DNA from: Psammoneis japonica
Lineage: Eukaryota
Direction: 5' to 3'
Length of the DNA stretch: 64,000 bases
NCBI GenBank assembly: GCA_008632985.1
Contig: QPGO01000284.1
Location: forward strand, 1-64,000
Under the pieces are notes generated by a model. The model had not been told where the DNA came from and ran no database searches. It was given only the letters and a program-made list of their open reading frames with translations. The translations under genes were made by a program, and so were the position numbers. Each line of letters begins with the position of its first letter. Position 1 is the stretch's first letter. Shown here piece by piece: positions 38,030 through 51,239 of the stretch.

Positions 38030-39179
38030 AGTCGCAGCAGTTGTTCTGTTTTGGCAAAACAGCACATTTTGTACTCTCTGGTCTTGCTCTAGTCTCATGT
38101 TGGCATTTGCAAATCGGCTGGATGCGTGTGCCACTAGCATGTCATAGAAAAAAGATGACATTTCCCAATTGTCAATCAATTAAAGCAATGTGTTCGGTGC
38201 TGAACGTTTTAAAATGCATGACTGAATGTGCAAATAAATGATGCTTTCGAAACCGACCTCGTTCGTCCAATCAGGCTGTGCATGCCAGTGCAGTGCGATT
38301 TCAGACCAAACACGTTCATTCTGGCACATTTCTGCATGAATTCTGTCCGTTTTTCGACACAATCTGCGATTTCCCGCAGAGCCGACTCTTAAAATTGAAA
38401 TTGACGCCAAACCACAACAACACACTTTTGTGCAACTCAATGTTCCGAAATTTACAAAGGAAAGTGAACAACACTGCATTGCCGCCTCTGATGAAATGCA
38501 GAGGGTGAAAGGTGGGACAAATGGATCATTGTGTCAAGTCTCAAAAGTGGCTCAAGAGTTTCAGCCAACAAGAATTGATGGCTTTGTAATTCACCAAGTG
38601 AGTGAACGGCAAATGGCGTTGATTTGGCTGACAGCACAGCCAACATGCGGGCGCGCCTTGACAATCTGTTGCGCTGCACTCTGATGTTGTGGAATGAAAA
38701 GAACAACTTTGGTTTGCATTGATCCATCATGACAGAAGTGTGTGAGCTTTCCCTGGCCCTTTTGGAGCAATCGGGCAAGTGAAAGAGGAGCTGCAGAAAG
38801 ATGCGGATGATGCCATTTTGATGCATGGTCGTCACGTGGTGTTGTCGTGAGTCGCTGATGGGCGTGCCGTGCTTTCTGTTTTTGTGCTGCGTCTGTGTGG
38901 GAATGCACGTGCTTGGCTCTCATGCAGTTTCTGCGTAAAAAGTGCACCAGGCTGTCTCCAGACAGCCCTCTCAAATGGAACATCATGATGGAGTCAACTT
39001 TTTACATTGCAGTCAACTTGCTGGTTTTGCACGTCCTCAATCGGCATCACCCTGATGTGGTGTTGTGCCAAAAAAACTTGCAATGGTGCCAGTGCCCCTT
39101 GCTGCCAGATGCCAGGCTTCGCAGATGCTTGACTTGAACATTGGTTGAGCCATGGCCAACCAGCTGCACAACCTGTGGG

Positions 39180-39720
39180 TCAAACAAGTGAGGTGCTCCT
39201 CCACTGAACTGAGCAACTCGGATTGATTGCAAGCTGAACAGCTGCCTGCCTTGGAGTGGATGGCTCATGCTTCTGCCTTGGCGTCGCGGTGCTGTGAGGA
39301 CTTTCTTGTGCCAAAATTGCACCCATGTGCAGCACCATCATTGAGAGTTCCCGCCATTGGGGCCACACAAAACTGCCAGTCGCAGCGGCCCAATCTGAGT
39401 GCTTTTCCATGTTCGACAAGGAGCGGCACAATCCAGTTGACAGCAAGCATGATGGCTGAGCTTTGTTCCACAAAGATGAGAAGTGCCCATTGAAAATCTG
39501 TCTCCAACCAATTTTGTCTTGAGCTTGAAACACCGCCACAGCACTTTGATGGACATTTGCTGAGTGCAACACCTTGTCGTGAAACCAACACACAAAAAAC
39601 CAGCGTTGTAAAATTGCCAACTCAACTGCAATCCTGTTTGCAGTTCGATTGCGGATTGCAATGGAAATGACTGCAATCTGCTGATTGTTTGTCTGGCGCT
39701 GGTCACAAAGATCGCAGTTG
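39180..39720 (-). pseudogene. C-terminal fragment of another Ambal-like LINE ORF
   Basis: QAQDKIGWRQIFNGHFSSLW...W....W..WREL motif, typical of the C-terminus of these RT-RNase H ORFs. Confidence 0.5.
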
Positions 39721-40135
39721 CATTTGCGATCGATCGCGATCGATTCGTGTCTAAAATCCAGTCGTGAATCGGGATTTTCAGCTCACACGGGGCCAAAAAT
39801 TGACCGAAACGTGGTGTTCATTCACGAAAAATTCGCAGGGCACCCCTGCGTGGGGCGCGCGAATTCCGCACGGGGGCCAATCGCGATCGGGATTGCAGTC
39901 GATTGTTGCACATGGCAAGCGCACACGTGCATCAGAGTGCACGACATCGCAGCATCTGCGCGCATGACAAAATCACATTGCTGTGTTACAAAATTTGCTC
40001 ATCTGCACATGACGGTTTTTGTCATTCAGCCAATCATCAATCTCCTGCCATTCTTCATGTTTCAACACAGATGCTTCTTAATTTTTGTGCTCTGTCTTTT
40101 TCTCAACAACTGACGATCTTTGACGACAAGCCAAA

Positions 40136-40231
40136 CATTGCAGTTGCATGCAATGAAATTTTCATCATGTAAAGTGTGCACTGCATTGCAGCTGCATGCA
40201 ATGAAATTTTCATCATGTGAAGTGTGCGCTG
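40136..40231. repeat. 48-bp tandem duplication
   Basis: cattgcag.tgcatgcaatgaaattttcatcatgt(a/g)aagtgtgc occurs twice; one copy has TA where the other has TG. Confidence 0.85.
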
Positions 40232-41018
40232 ATTGTTCAATCAACAACTGTGCTCCAACTGGCCTGTTTGTCCGCATCATCCTCTTCATTCCACATGTCT
40301 TGTCCGCTCTCTTGCAAGAATTTCAAATGTGCCGCTGCCGCGTTGGATGTTTCCTCATTGCCGTTCCAAAAAAGCCACACTGCATTTCTTGCATTTGGGC
40401 AAACATCATCAAGAGGAAGAATTCCCTCGAAACGCAGAATCGTGTCGCTGCTCCCCTCTTGATGTCGTGTTGTCTGCTTCTTTTTCTCTTTCTTCATTTT
40501 GCCCATCCCATTTTTCTCTTCCTTCTTCATCTTGGCGCCGCCTGTTTTCACCGTCTCTGGCGTCTTTCCATCTGAATCCTTCTTTTTCATCGATCCCGCA
40601 GCCGTTGCCTTCATTGTGTGTCACTTTGTTTTGGATCCATGTTTCTGACTTCTCTCTGCGCCACATCCATTTCCGAGTGTTTCTTTGTGATTGTTCGCGT
40701 GCGTCACTTGAAGGCACCCACGTGTTCTTCATGCACCTTAACGCGTGTGTAGAAATCCATGTTGTTTTCCAGCACATTCACCCTTTCTCCTGATGCATGT
40801 TCGCACAACATTTTCTTCCATCAACTCTACACTCCGCATTGCCCTTTCCCGGCACAATCTCACGCAGGATTTCCCTGGGAGAAGTTGCGTGCGCGTCTGG
40901 CAGGTTTTTGTGTTTAAAACTCCAAATCCTGCCAGGCGTGCATGTGACTTCTCCCACACACCACTCTGGCACATTTCCACAGAAACCAGAATTTTGTGAC
41001 TGATGCACGACCAATCTG

Positions 41019-42274
41019 GTGAATGCAATGGCGGACCCACGACCACAACAATCAGAGCATTGGAAGAAAACCATGTCAGATGAACTCCGTCTGTCCGCTG
41101 ATGAGGATTTCCGTTGCCGGATGATGGAGACAGTTGGTGGTTTTGTTCACGCTGACACTGCTTGTTGTTTGGAGGAACAGAGAGCAAAGGATGCAAAGGC
41201 TGCTGTGTCAAGATCGGTGGAAGCAATGGCAGAAGCCTGTTGTGCCGTTGTGGCTGCAACGACTGCACTTGAGAGTGCTTTGTTAAATCAAGCAACAACC
41301 ACTCACGAATTTAAAAGCACATCTGTGCGCAGTGCATCAAGTCATCAATCGAGACACACCATTCAGACAACGACCACATTGTTGCAGTGGAAAATTGCAG
41401 TGTGAAGCGGAAATGAGTTTCCAGCGCTTTCTTCACGGCAATGCATTTGACGCAAAAGAGCTGGGGCTCCCAATCTCTGTTGTGGGACATCAAAAATCAG
41501 AATGCAGGCTGCACATGCTGCACAGCTGTGACTCGACATTGCTTCTGAGAAGCCTCAGGGAAAATTCTGACACAGATGCCACAAGAGTGGAGAGGGAGCA
41601 ATCTGCGATTAACAGCATTGACAAATCCATCCGCCGCCGTGCCGTGCCACTCCTTTGAAGGCGACATCTAACACAGCCGCAGCGCATCCTGAAAGATGCA
41701 ATCACGTTGCTCCACGAGGCCCTCGACGATTTGACAAGGAAAGACGTTGCCTTGCAGCGACAGTGGCAAGCTTTGTGTGATCTGAGGCCAGGCACAGATC
41801 AAATGCGGGGAGGGACATGGACCGCGATCCGGGCTGTGGACGAAGAAGCTGTGGCAAGAGAAAGGGTCCTGCAGCTGGCATTGCAAATTGAGGCACAATT
41901 GGTGGCTGTCAACCAGCCTGAACACAGCGCCGACTTTCAACAGGCGATTGTGGCTGCCAGGGAACATTTCATGGCGCAGGATGACCAAATGGACCGTGTG
42001 AGTGGACACTGCATAGAATCTGTGAGGAAGTGATTGCTCTAAAACTGCACACATCTGATGCATCAAGAGTTTCCTGTCATGTCGGTGGTTGGGAAAGCCT
42101 TCCGATCAGGAAGAAGCTCATCTTGGAGTTTCAGAAGAAGACATCAGAATGAAAGCAACGGAAGGTGCTCGCACCACACTGCTTCAAGTGTGCCAAAATG
42201 ACTTTGCTGATTCTGAAAGGATCAAACTCATCATGTTTGCAAGAAAGAGTTGGGAAATCACTGTGAGTGAATGA
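41019..42274 (+). pseudogene. Degenerate unknown ORF convergent with a Plavaka-like transposase end
   Basis: Protein-like pieces; WLGKPSDQEEAHLGVSEEDI resembles WLGKPSDQEAMHSGVTEQEI at ~50840. Confidence 0.45.
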
Positions 42275-42289
42275 TGGGCTGATGCGCGC

Positions 42290-42760
42290 ATCCTGTTTTA
42301 GAAACAAATCTGACCAACACTTCCTTCTGTCCTGTGCAGCCCAAACAAATGGGGCCTTTTCTTGCGCTTCTGCCACTCCTGGACATTCTTCATAAACCAA
42401 AACATTGTCCCCAATTGCTTTGACAGGGACAACATGTAACTCAGTTGAGCACTGAGTCTTCTCAGGCATTGAAAGCCAGTTGCTTTGTTTGTGATCAAGC
42501 TGCCAGCAACCAACCAAGTCTGTGTGCTGATGCCGTTGCCTCACAGTTCTCTGGTCAGCTTGACAAGCAGTTGGATGGACCACTGCAAAAATCAATCCTG
42601 TGTCTTTCTGTTCAAAGAAACACAGCAAACGGGAGGGAAACTGTTGATTGCCCTTTCATGTGCCAAAGGTCAATGTTCATTTTTTGTGCAAAAAGGAGGG
42701 GCATCTGTGTTTAGCTGTTGCTCAAGCAACTTTGCATTTTCTTGCTGCTCTTTCCACATT
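42290..42760 (-). pseudogene. Plavaka-like transposase, C-terminal fragment
   Basis: IFAVVHPTACQAD...TDLVGCWQLD...LHVVPVKAIG...QDRRKCW aligns with LFAIVHPCTCQAD...TDLVSRWQLD...LHLVPIEAVG...QDRRKTW at 51250-51560. Confidence 0.65.
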
Positions 42761-42834
42761 GCTGCTGCCTGCACTGCTGTTGCTGATGCACCTCTGCTTG
42801 TTGTTTTTTTTAACATGCAAAGTGCCTGATCCAC

Positions 42835-43620
42835 GACGTGTTCCAGCTCCAGGTGGGACCTCGTGCAGCTGCGCTGTGACATCAACAGTTTTTTGGATCA
42901 CGTCGCATGCACGCACATTTCTGCGTGTTGTGTTCTGTGAAATTGTTTCATGCTCCCTGTTTTGCAAAGCCAAAGGCTTTCTGTTTTCAACAGTTGTGAG
43001 AGTCGAAAGTGTGCTGGGTGTGTTCTTCAATGTCTGTGGAGCACACCTGGGACGCGTTCCAGGTCTAGGTGGGACCTCGCACTGCTGAACTGTGACATCG
43101 ACAGTTTTTTGAATCGCGTCGTATGTCGCGCACGTACATTTCTACGTGATTTTGGCGAAATTTTGTGTGATTTTGTGGTGCAATTGTCAGGCTGTCCATT
43201 GTGCAACTTTTAACATTTTTTTCTTCTACGCCATTCTCGAGTGTCTTAAGAATGGCGCAGGGCGGGCGCATTGTCCAATGCTTTGAGTGCGGACAGGGAT
43301 AGATGCACTGCAAACTTGGCCATTTTTTTCATGTCGAAGATGAATGTGTGCGTCAACCAGAGTACAAACCACAGAGCTCGCACGCAGAATTCTGCGGGGC
43401 AAATGTCACAAAAAGTCCCACCTGGGGCTGGAGCCCGTCCTGGACAAACCATTGTTGATGCACTTCAAGTGTGAAGGAGGAGATGTGTTCGCAAAATTGC
43501 CTCTTTTTCTGTTGGCGATCATTCACATTTTCGTTGCAGGTCAAATTTGCTGCGCAGCTTGCGCACAGAATTCCATGGGCCCAATGTCACACAGAGTCCC
43601 GCCAAGGACTGGAACCCGTC
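42835..43620 (-). mobile_element. MITE family copy (old, no TA left), TSD CCAC/CCGC, split by a nested MITE
   Basis: ccac|gacgtgttccagctccaggtggga...(insertion)...gtcccgccaaggactggaacccgtc|ccgc. Confidence 0.9.
43051..43439 (-). mobile_element. MITE family copy nested in the previous copy, TSD CTGG
   Basis: ctgg|gacgcgttccaggtctaggtggga...tcccacctggggctggagcccgtc|ctgg. Confidence 0.94.
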
Positions 43621-44992
43621 CCGCCGACAACGAGCACAAACCAAGACCAGCACAATTTGCAGAGTGCACAGCCGTGCGGCAAAGTGCTGCTCATCAGCAT
43701 TGGCTCCAACATGCCATGCATTTGTGTCTTTTCCATGATGGAGTTTGGGTTTGTTTCTTTTGTCCATCTGGTGTCATTTAAAAAGGAGTGCCTTGCCAAG
43801 GTTTTTTGCCAGCGATGTGTTTTCAACCCAGGTGGGTCACTTGGGGACAATGCACGAGGTTTTCTGCACATTTCTGCGCGACACGCACTTTTTGCACCAC
43901 AATCGTGTGCAATTTTTGAGCTCCCACATGATGCCATCTTTTTTTCATGCCTCATCCACAAATTGCACGCACACCAAAAATGGCACCATGCCGCTGCCAT
44001 GAACTCAACCATCCTTGCACCATCGTCCGCAATGACAAAGAAGGCAAGAATGCCAAAAAAGGTCAATGAAACTAAGGTCAATGCGACGATGTGGTTGAAG
44101 TTTTGATTTTTGCTGTTTGTTGTGTCTTGTGGATGGCCTTTTTCCTCATGATGTTTTTTGTGCCAATTTTTCCCATCCTCAGATTGTGATGTGGCATTCT
44201 TTGACATGCAAGGCTCTGTTGACTTGACACTTCATGCACGCAACAACGTGTGTCTTTGTGATGCGTCAGTGTGATTTTTGTGATGCATTGAATGCACTTC
44301 AAGTCAGTGTGGATGATGCTTTTGGGTCACACGCAAACATCAAACATTGGTGCCAACAAAAGAGTGACTCTTCATTCAGTTTTGAGGGTGCACGGCAATG
44401 AAGAAGCCACTGGATGAGTCCAATGGGTGCAATGTTGTAAAGCAGAACAAACAAAAGTGACGTCTGTGTGTTGCATCCATTTTGCTTTGTTCCAAGGCAG
44501 AACCAGTCAATTGCACATGGAAATGCTGTCTACATTGTTTCGTTGTTGCCGCTGCTTCTGCTCATCAAATGACCCAATTGCTCCACATTCATCAATCTTT
44601 GTTGCTGCTGACATTTCAGTGCTGGCATGCAACTGACTCAAGACTCCCACACAGGTCAACAAATCAGCCGATCTTTGAAACAGCAGATTGTGCAAAAATG
44701 CACACACGAAGTCACCAAAAAGTTGATTTCGAAAGAGCTTTCTCTTTTTGTCCACACCCTCCAACAAACAAAGAAGGCGGCCGGTCATTGAAAATGAGCA
44801 CATCTGATGAAAGAACAAGCAAAAAATCAGGGGAAAGTGTGAGCTCGGATGAGAATTTTTTCTCGCACAAAAAGCACGGTGACGGAAAACAGACAGACAC
44901 AATGTCACACCCTCGTGCGCACGCAACCCACCTGGGATGATGAAAACACATCCAGTGCAGCAGCGCTTTCAAATGATTGGAGAGAGGAGAAC

Positions 44993-45349
44993 GACGGGTT
45001 CCAGTCCCAGGTGGGACTTTTTGTGACATTTGCCCCGCAGAATTCTGCGTGTGAGCTCTGCAGCTCATGCTCTGGTCAATGAACACATTTGTCTTCGACA
45101 CAAAACAAACGGCCAAGTTTGCAGCACATGTGTCTCTGTTCGCACTCAAAGTTTTGGACAGCGTGCCTGCCCTGCGCCATTCTTGGGACACTCAAGAATG
45201 GCGCAGAAGAAAAAATGTTAAAAGTTGTTGAATGGATCGCCTGACAATGTGCTGTAAAATGACACAAAATTTTGTCAAAATCACGTAGAAATGTGCGTGC
45301 GCGACATGCGACGCGATTCAAAAAACTGTGACAAGACCTGGAGTGCGTC
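44993..45349 (+). mobile_element. MITE family copy with a deletion near the right end, TSD GAAC/GAAT
   Basis: gaac|gacgggttccagtcccaggtggga...gacctggagtgcgtc|gaat. Confidence 0.88.
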
Positions 45350-46099
45350 GAATGCTGCTGCTGCAAGAACACACACACTTTAGAGGCAAGTGGTGCTGGC
45401 AGCAGCATGTTGGAAATGAGACCTGAGTCAAGTGCACTTGGAGTGCCAGCTTTCTTCTTGGCTTTCTTCTTGATTGTTCTCAGCCCAGCTGATGGGAGAC
45501 CCTGCCACGTGTTGTTTTTTTTTCTGTGCCACACAGCACTTTTCTTTTTTGCTTCTCTTTCATCAGAGGCGGCAACACAGTGGTTTTCAATTTTCTGCAC
45601 AAATGTTGCCAATCACAGTTAATTTTGTTGCACCTTCAATTGTCATTTTTGCATTCAAATTGAAGCAACACACTGAACTCATTAAATCCGTTTTATGCCG
45701 ACATTTGTCATCCATTTGTGTTTGATCATTCTTGACAATTTAATTCGATTTTCGCTTTTGTTGGATTTTGTAAATTTCCATTTGATCTTAATGTCACATT
45801 TGCATTGAATCGACATCTTTGATTTTGGTTTTTAATGTCTCCACATCATGCACACCCCACCGTGTTGACTGGCATGTCCTCTGCTGTTCGGCATGCTCCA
45901 GTCTCCCCCGCGCACATTTCCAGCATCATTTTTCCAGCACCTCCTGGAATTTCTGTGCTGCCCTGCTTCGGGTGCTCATTCTACATGCGCAATTGTCTGC
46001 ACAATTTACAACAGTGCATCCTCTCCCCAAACTGCTTTCCACCTGAGCATGCGCTGTTGTCATCCACGCACTTTCTACGCGAATCACAACTGACCTCTT

Positions 46100-49000
46100 G
46101 CCATGGCGGTCAATGACTTCACCCCGTCTCACGACGATGTTGACCCCGATCCTTCCTTCCAATTTCCTGATGAATGTGATTTTGATGATGTGGAATGTTT
46201 TGCCAATGGTTTTGGAATGGAGTTGTTTGGTCCCAAGCTCAAAAGCATGGTTTCAATGCGTGCATCCAAAAAGCAGTTTTTGGAATCGACGAAATGGACT
46301 CCCTCTCCACAATTTCTTGCTCTTCCCTTCCTTTGCCACAAGCCGAAGTTGCGTCGAATTCCGTGTGTCACGGAAGTCATCCGCGCCAACAATGTCATCA
46401 GGAAAACTCTTGGATGCCCTGACGTTTGGTCTTGCATCAAGACTCGTGGTGGTCCCTGAAGAAATCCTGCTTGGTGAAAGGTCAATGCTGCCTTCGTCAT
46501 CGAAATTTGGACAAAGCTCTCCATTTCTCCAAAATGCCCGGAGAGACAGTTCAACAAGAAGAGCACCACATGAATCTTCACCGCAACATCTTGTCTGTGC
46601 GATTGTTGCCGGTGACGACCCAAATGATCCCGTTTCCGGCAAGCCTTGTTTCCGGTTTCTAAAGGAAGACAATCTCAAAAAACTGATCGACGACCGTGCA
46701 AAAGACCTCCACGGTGCATTTTTTGTCACCGAAATCGCAACGCGTCACATTCAGCACAAACAAAATGACTTTGACTGCTGGTTCATGCAGATTTTTCATC
46801 ATGTCCAATCGCAAAAGGAGTGGCGCCTGTTTGCCAACAGCTTTCTTGTGCCATGCAACTCTAACGACCCGGGCTCTCAGGCAGATGATGTCAAGGAACA
46901 CCTCGCTCCGGACCAAATCGGCAACATGAAGAACAAAGTGACAATGGCTGGTGATTCCCTTGCAAAGAAAAAATGAATTCCATGTTGAACCACGAATTTG
47001 GGAAGCGCTGTCCTGAGGAACAACCTGGCACACAACCCAAGTGCAGCAAGTTGCTCACAATCCTTTGATGCAGAATGCGTGATCAGAGGGCGGACTGCAT
47101 GGATGATGACAACAAACGAGAGCATCAATCCAAAACCAAACACAAAATTGGGAGGACCCGCAAAGACGGCACCTGTTTGTACGATGGTGCGTGCCCCCCC
47201 CTCCTTGTTGCCGCATGTTTCTTGTGCATCCGTCTTCTCATGCACCCATGTTTTACCCTGTTGTTCACATTCGCTGCATGAGAGCCTTCCTTGACAGTCC
47301 CCAACAAGAAGCCAAAGACTGCATCACGCTCCACCAAGGCACGTCCTCCTTCGTCTGCCAACCTGCCGTCGTCACGGGAGGCAAACCGCATTCTCACGGC
47401 CGACCTTCCCACTTTGTTGGAAACCATGGATTCCCACAAACCTTCCTCTTCACTGGAAGGTCCTCCTGCCCAGCTGCCAGCCTCTCTGCTGGTTCGCACC
47501 ACGAAAGGCCCGGTTGCGTCGTCTCCCCCACTGGACCCCAACGACATGTCGTGGTTGGACAAGTCCACACTCCGACAGAGCTTTGACCCGTCCAAGTGTC
47601 GATCTGTCACCTCAGACGAAGTTGCTGCTCATGTGTCACGCCTTCACATCATTGACAAGGCAACTGACACGGAGCGTGTGCTTCACCATTCCGCGGCCGA
47701 CTTTTACCTTGCCGACAACCTCAGGGAAAACTGGCACATCTTTTCAAACAAAACCCCCATCAGCGACCCAACTGCCGCATCTCGTGTGAGAGCTGAGTGT
47801 CCTCCTGACCTCAATCACTGCTCAGACGAACTCTCTGTTGCCCGTCATGCAAACTCTCTTTACAAAGGGCACTTTGGTTGCCTTCGTGTGTGCATTCCTG
47901 CCCTTTTGCTTTTCATTTTGTTGAAGGGAGAGTCTGATTTTCAAATGTGACGGATCACTGGCAGTTGACAAGGAAGACAGACAAAGGATCAAGATTGGCT
48001 GTGCTGGTCGGTCATGTCATCCAAAGGAGCCTGGCTCTACAAAATCAGCCAAACCCAAGGCCACACACGGTCTTCATGTTTTTGATCCTGACAAAAACTT
48101 CGACGTGAAAGAGTCTTCCAAAATCAAGGCCATGGTTGCTGACATTCTTGACTCGACTCAGCTTTGCGAAAACAACGTCGAGCTTTGGAAGCTTCGCAAC
48201 CCCCCACCGTTCAACTGGTCACTTCAGTGTGAAGAGCATTCGAAAATGTTTTGTGATGAAATGGGTTGTCCACATTTCCGTCGTGAGGACGTCACCCTGC
48301 AGGGATCATGCACATCCCGTGGTCAATGTTGTGAAGGACACCGCGACGTAAAAAACTGCACCTGGCTTCAATGTCGGAAGACAGCCGCTGGTCATTTCTT
48401 TGTCATGGGTGCATTTGGCGATGTGTGGTCCTTCAAGGTAGTCGCCAACAGCAGAAGCCCCATCGGTCAATGCTGCGATGATGAGTGCGACATGAACCCG
48501 ATGTTGACTCGGATGCACCACAACCGAGCTCAGCTTGACTTTGTGCTTAAAGACATGGATCTCCAACACGATGGTCCCACCCATCCTGACTCTGTCCTGA
48601 CCACACGCACATTCAAAAAACTCTCGCTGGATGACAGCCGGCCATGGAACAATGTTGTCATTGGCGGAGGCGGTGTCACGGGAATCCCCCATGTGCACAT
48701 GGATCGGCTCAAGTTCCCAACATTCCCTGTGAGGGACTTTCACCTGTCCGCCCCAAGCACAGTTCTGTTCCGTTTCAAGAACATCTGTGCACAGATCGGG
48801 GCCAGATCCGAAGCAAGTGATGCGGTTGGCCATTCATGCTGGTCATCCGACAGGGCATCACCGATTCTACTGTGTCGGTGACAAGCACCTGCCTGAGCTG
48901 TGTTGCCAAGGCGTCGACCCATTTCTACAATTCGCTGATTGCTTGATGAATGAGTTTGGCGTTTTGTTTGGTGATCCACAGGTGGGCAGGATTGGCCCAA

Positions 49001-51070
49001 CCAATTTGACCTACGATGAGCTCGCCAAGGTTTTCATTGACGACAGGTGCATTGGCACCGCTGATGACCCAGTCAAATGTGATGGTCGACGAAATCTGTG
49101 CAGTGCTGCTTTGGCTCAATGATGGCGTCACCACCGATGAGTTCTGTCCCAATTTAATGGAACAACGCTGCAAGGCTGCCTGCGATGTTTGGGCACACAG
49201 GGGAGCAGATTTTAGCGAGATTCATCTCATGTCAGTGCTGCATTGTCTCGCTCTATCCAGTGTTGTGGTGAAGGACCACCTGCGTCTGAACAACATGATG
49301 TGTCCTGCATTCAATTCTGGCACGGCCGCTCAACTGGCCCACATCAACCCAGACAAACCAACTGGCCCACATCAACCCAGACAAACGACCGCTCATGCAC
49401 CAACGCATGTGATTGGAGACCGGGGCCGAGGAGCACGGTTGGAACGGTGCAGAGCACAAACTCTGTGAGAACTCGGACAATCGCTGCACGTGCATGTTCG
49501 ATTGCATGTTCCGCGGTCCATGTTCCGGACAAGATCTCTTCTTCATTTTCTCCATCAGGCAAGCGATTGCGCAAACCCTGTGGATCAGTGGATTGTCAAA
49601 TTGTGGAGTGCGTTGACTCAGACCCTCGCCTTTACGACCAAAAAGATGCGACGGTTCAAGGTGGAATTGCGGCTGACCTTGGTGATGAGTCCTTGTTGCG
49701 TGATGGAGTGGCTGCTGACAATGAATTAAACTCATTGTCTGGATCATCCAACCAGGACAAATCCTTGCCGGAAGAATCCTCCGACGATGAAGACAGTGCG
49801 GGATTAATTTCTTGCGCATCGGACAACAACGAATCATTGGCACTTGACGGAGTTGTGGCAGACAATGAACTTGGCTCCTTGCATGATGAGTCCTCCAACG
49901 ACGAAGAATGTGCGGGATCATTTTCTGGTGCATCAGACAAGAACGAATCATTGACTCTGCATGGAGTTGTGGCAGACAACGAACTTGGTGACAGTGTTTC
50001 AGAATGCGGCGCCCCTGTCATTGCTCTCAAGGATGAGGAGAGTTCTGTTGATGCCACCAATGACTGTGCGAATCCACCCGACCTTTCACAAAATCCCACT
50101 GCAAATGTGGACGAACACGTGGCGGCAACTTTGGCGCAAGTCTCGCACCTTCTCCTTTGAGACTTGAGTGTGAATTGCTGTTGTGGCTGATGTGTGACTC
50201 TTTCTGCCCTGCTTTTTAACAATGCACAGTCGCGACAGCAGCGCCAAAATCCTGTGGCTGTGCATGTCCAGGCCTGCAAATGCCGGACAGCTGTCCTTCA
50301 ACGAGCTTTGTTCCGACCGTGGGGTGCAGGCCGTGGCCAACACTCAGCATCAAAGAGACGAGGCTGGGTGTCAAGTTGCGGAAAACCTGTGCACGAATGC
50401 CAGCGTTGAGGCATGCACCATCTCTCTGCAGGACGGAAGTGCCATGCACCACCTCAATTGCAACATTTCTGCAAAGGATTTTGTGTCTCGAGTGAAGTCA
50501 CAATTCGGCGGTGAAATTGATTTTAAGAACAGTGGATTCATCCAGATTTGCATGGACTGTTGCTGGATGCAATGCGGCGAGTGGAACATGACGTCTTTTG
50601 GCAATCGCTTCTTCCGCGAAAACCCAAAAGAGATGATGCCATCCTTGTTGCATCCCAAGTTTGAAAGGTGTCGCATCACAGTCCCACACAACCTGTGGTC
50701 TCTCTCCCAAGTCGTGCGCAACTTGGAGCATGTAGAAGAATGCGCGCTGATTCAATTGATGACTCACGAAACGGCATTGGACGAAATTACGATGTGCCAA
50801 ACGTCGCTCGAAATCGCAGAACAAGACAGGGGGATTGGCTGGGAAAACCATCCGACCAGGAAGCCATGCATTCAGGAGTCACGGAACAGGAAATTTGGGA
50901 AACACTTCCGGAAACAGAAAGGGACAAGGTCTTAGACTTCACAAGAGAAGTTAAGAGTTATGATCCGAATGATCCATGGAAGTTTTTTTCTTTCGAAAGA
51001 AGCGTGCCAAATTGGCAGACCTGCCTCGACCCGTGGCCCCGGTGGTTTCTGGACCCGCACATCGACGAAT
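46100..51070 (+). pseudogene. Long degenerate ORF series of unknown function, convergent with the Plavaka-like transposase
   Basis: Consecutive protein-like + ORFs (46103, 46098, 47291, 48105, 48787, 49016, 49243, 50222, 50668). Includes a GHRDVKN motif and three ~120-140-bp ESL..DGV.ADNEL repeats (49685-49990). Confidence 0.45.
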
Positions 51071-51239
51071 GAAGCTGACTCCTTCAATTCTTGTGGCCTT
51101 GTCAACTGCACAAATTAGGTGAGTGCTGATGGTTGTGTCGTCTGTTTCCGAAATTGCGCATGTTCCAACAATGGCATGCTCTGACACTGTTTCGAAATGC
51201 AAAGCACTGTTTGCAGTTGCCAATTGTCGATTGTGCCCA

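Noticed and set aside
34500..38500. Terminal inverted repeats of the Harbinger element
   Set aside because: No convincing TIR pair or TWA TSD was found by eye, so boundaries are left undefined.
46560..46976. Possible SRA/YDG-like methyl-DNA-binding domain (VCAIVAGDD)
   Set aside because: Only a few residues resemble the motif; not supportable without a profile search.
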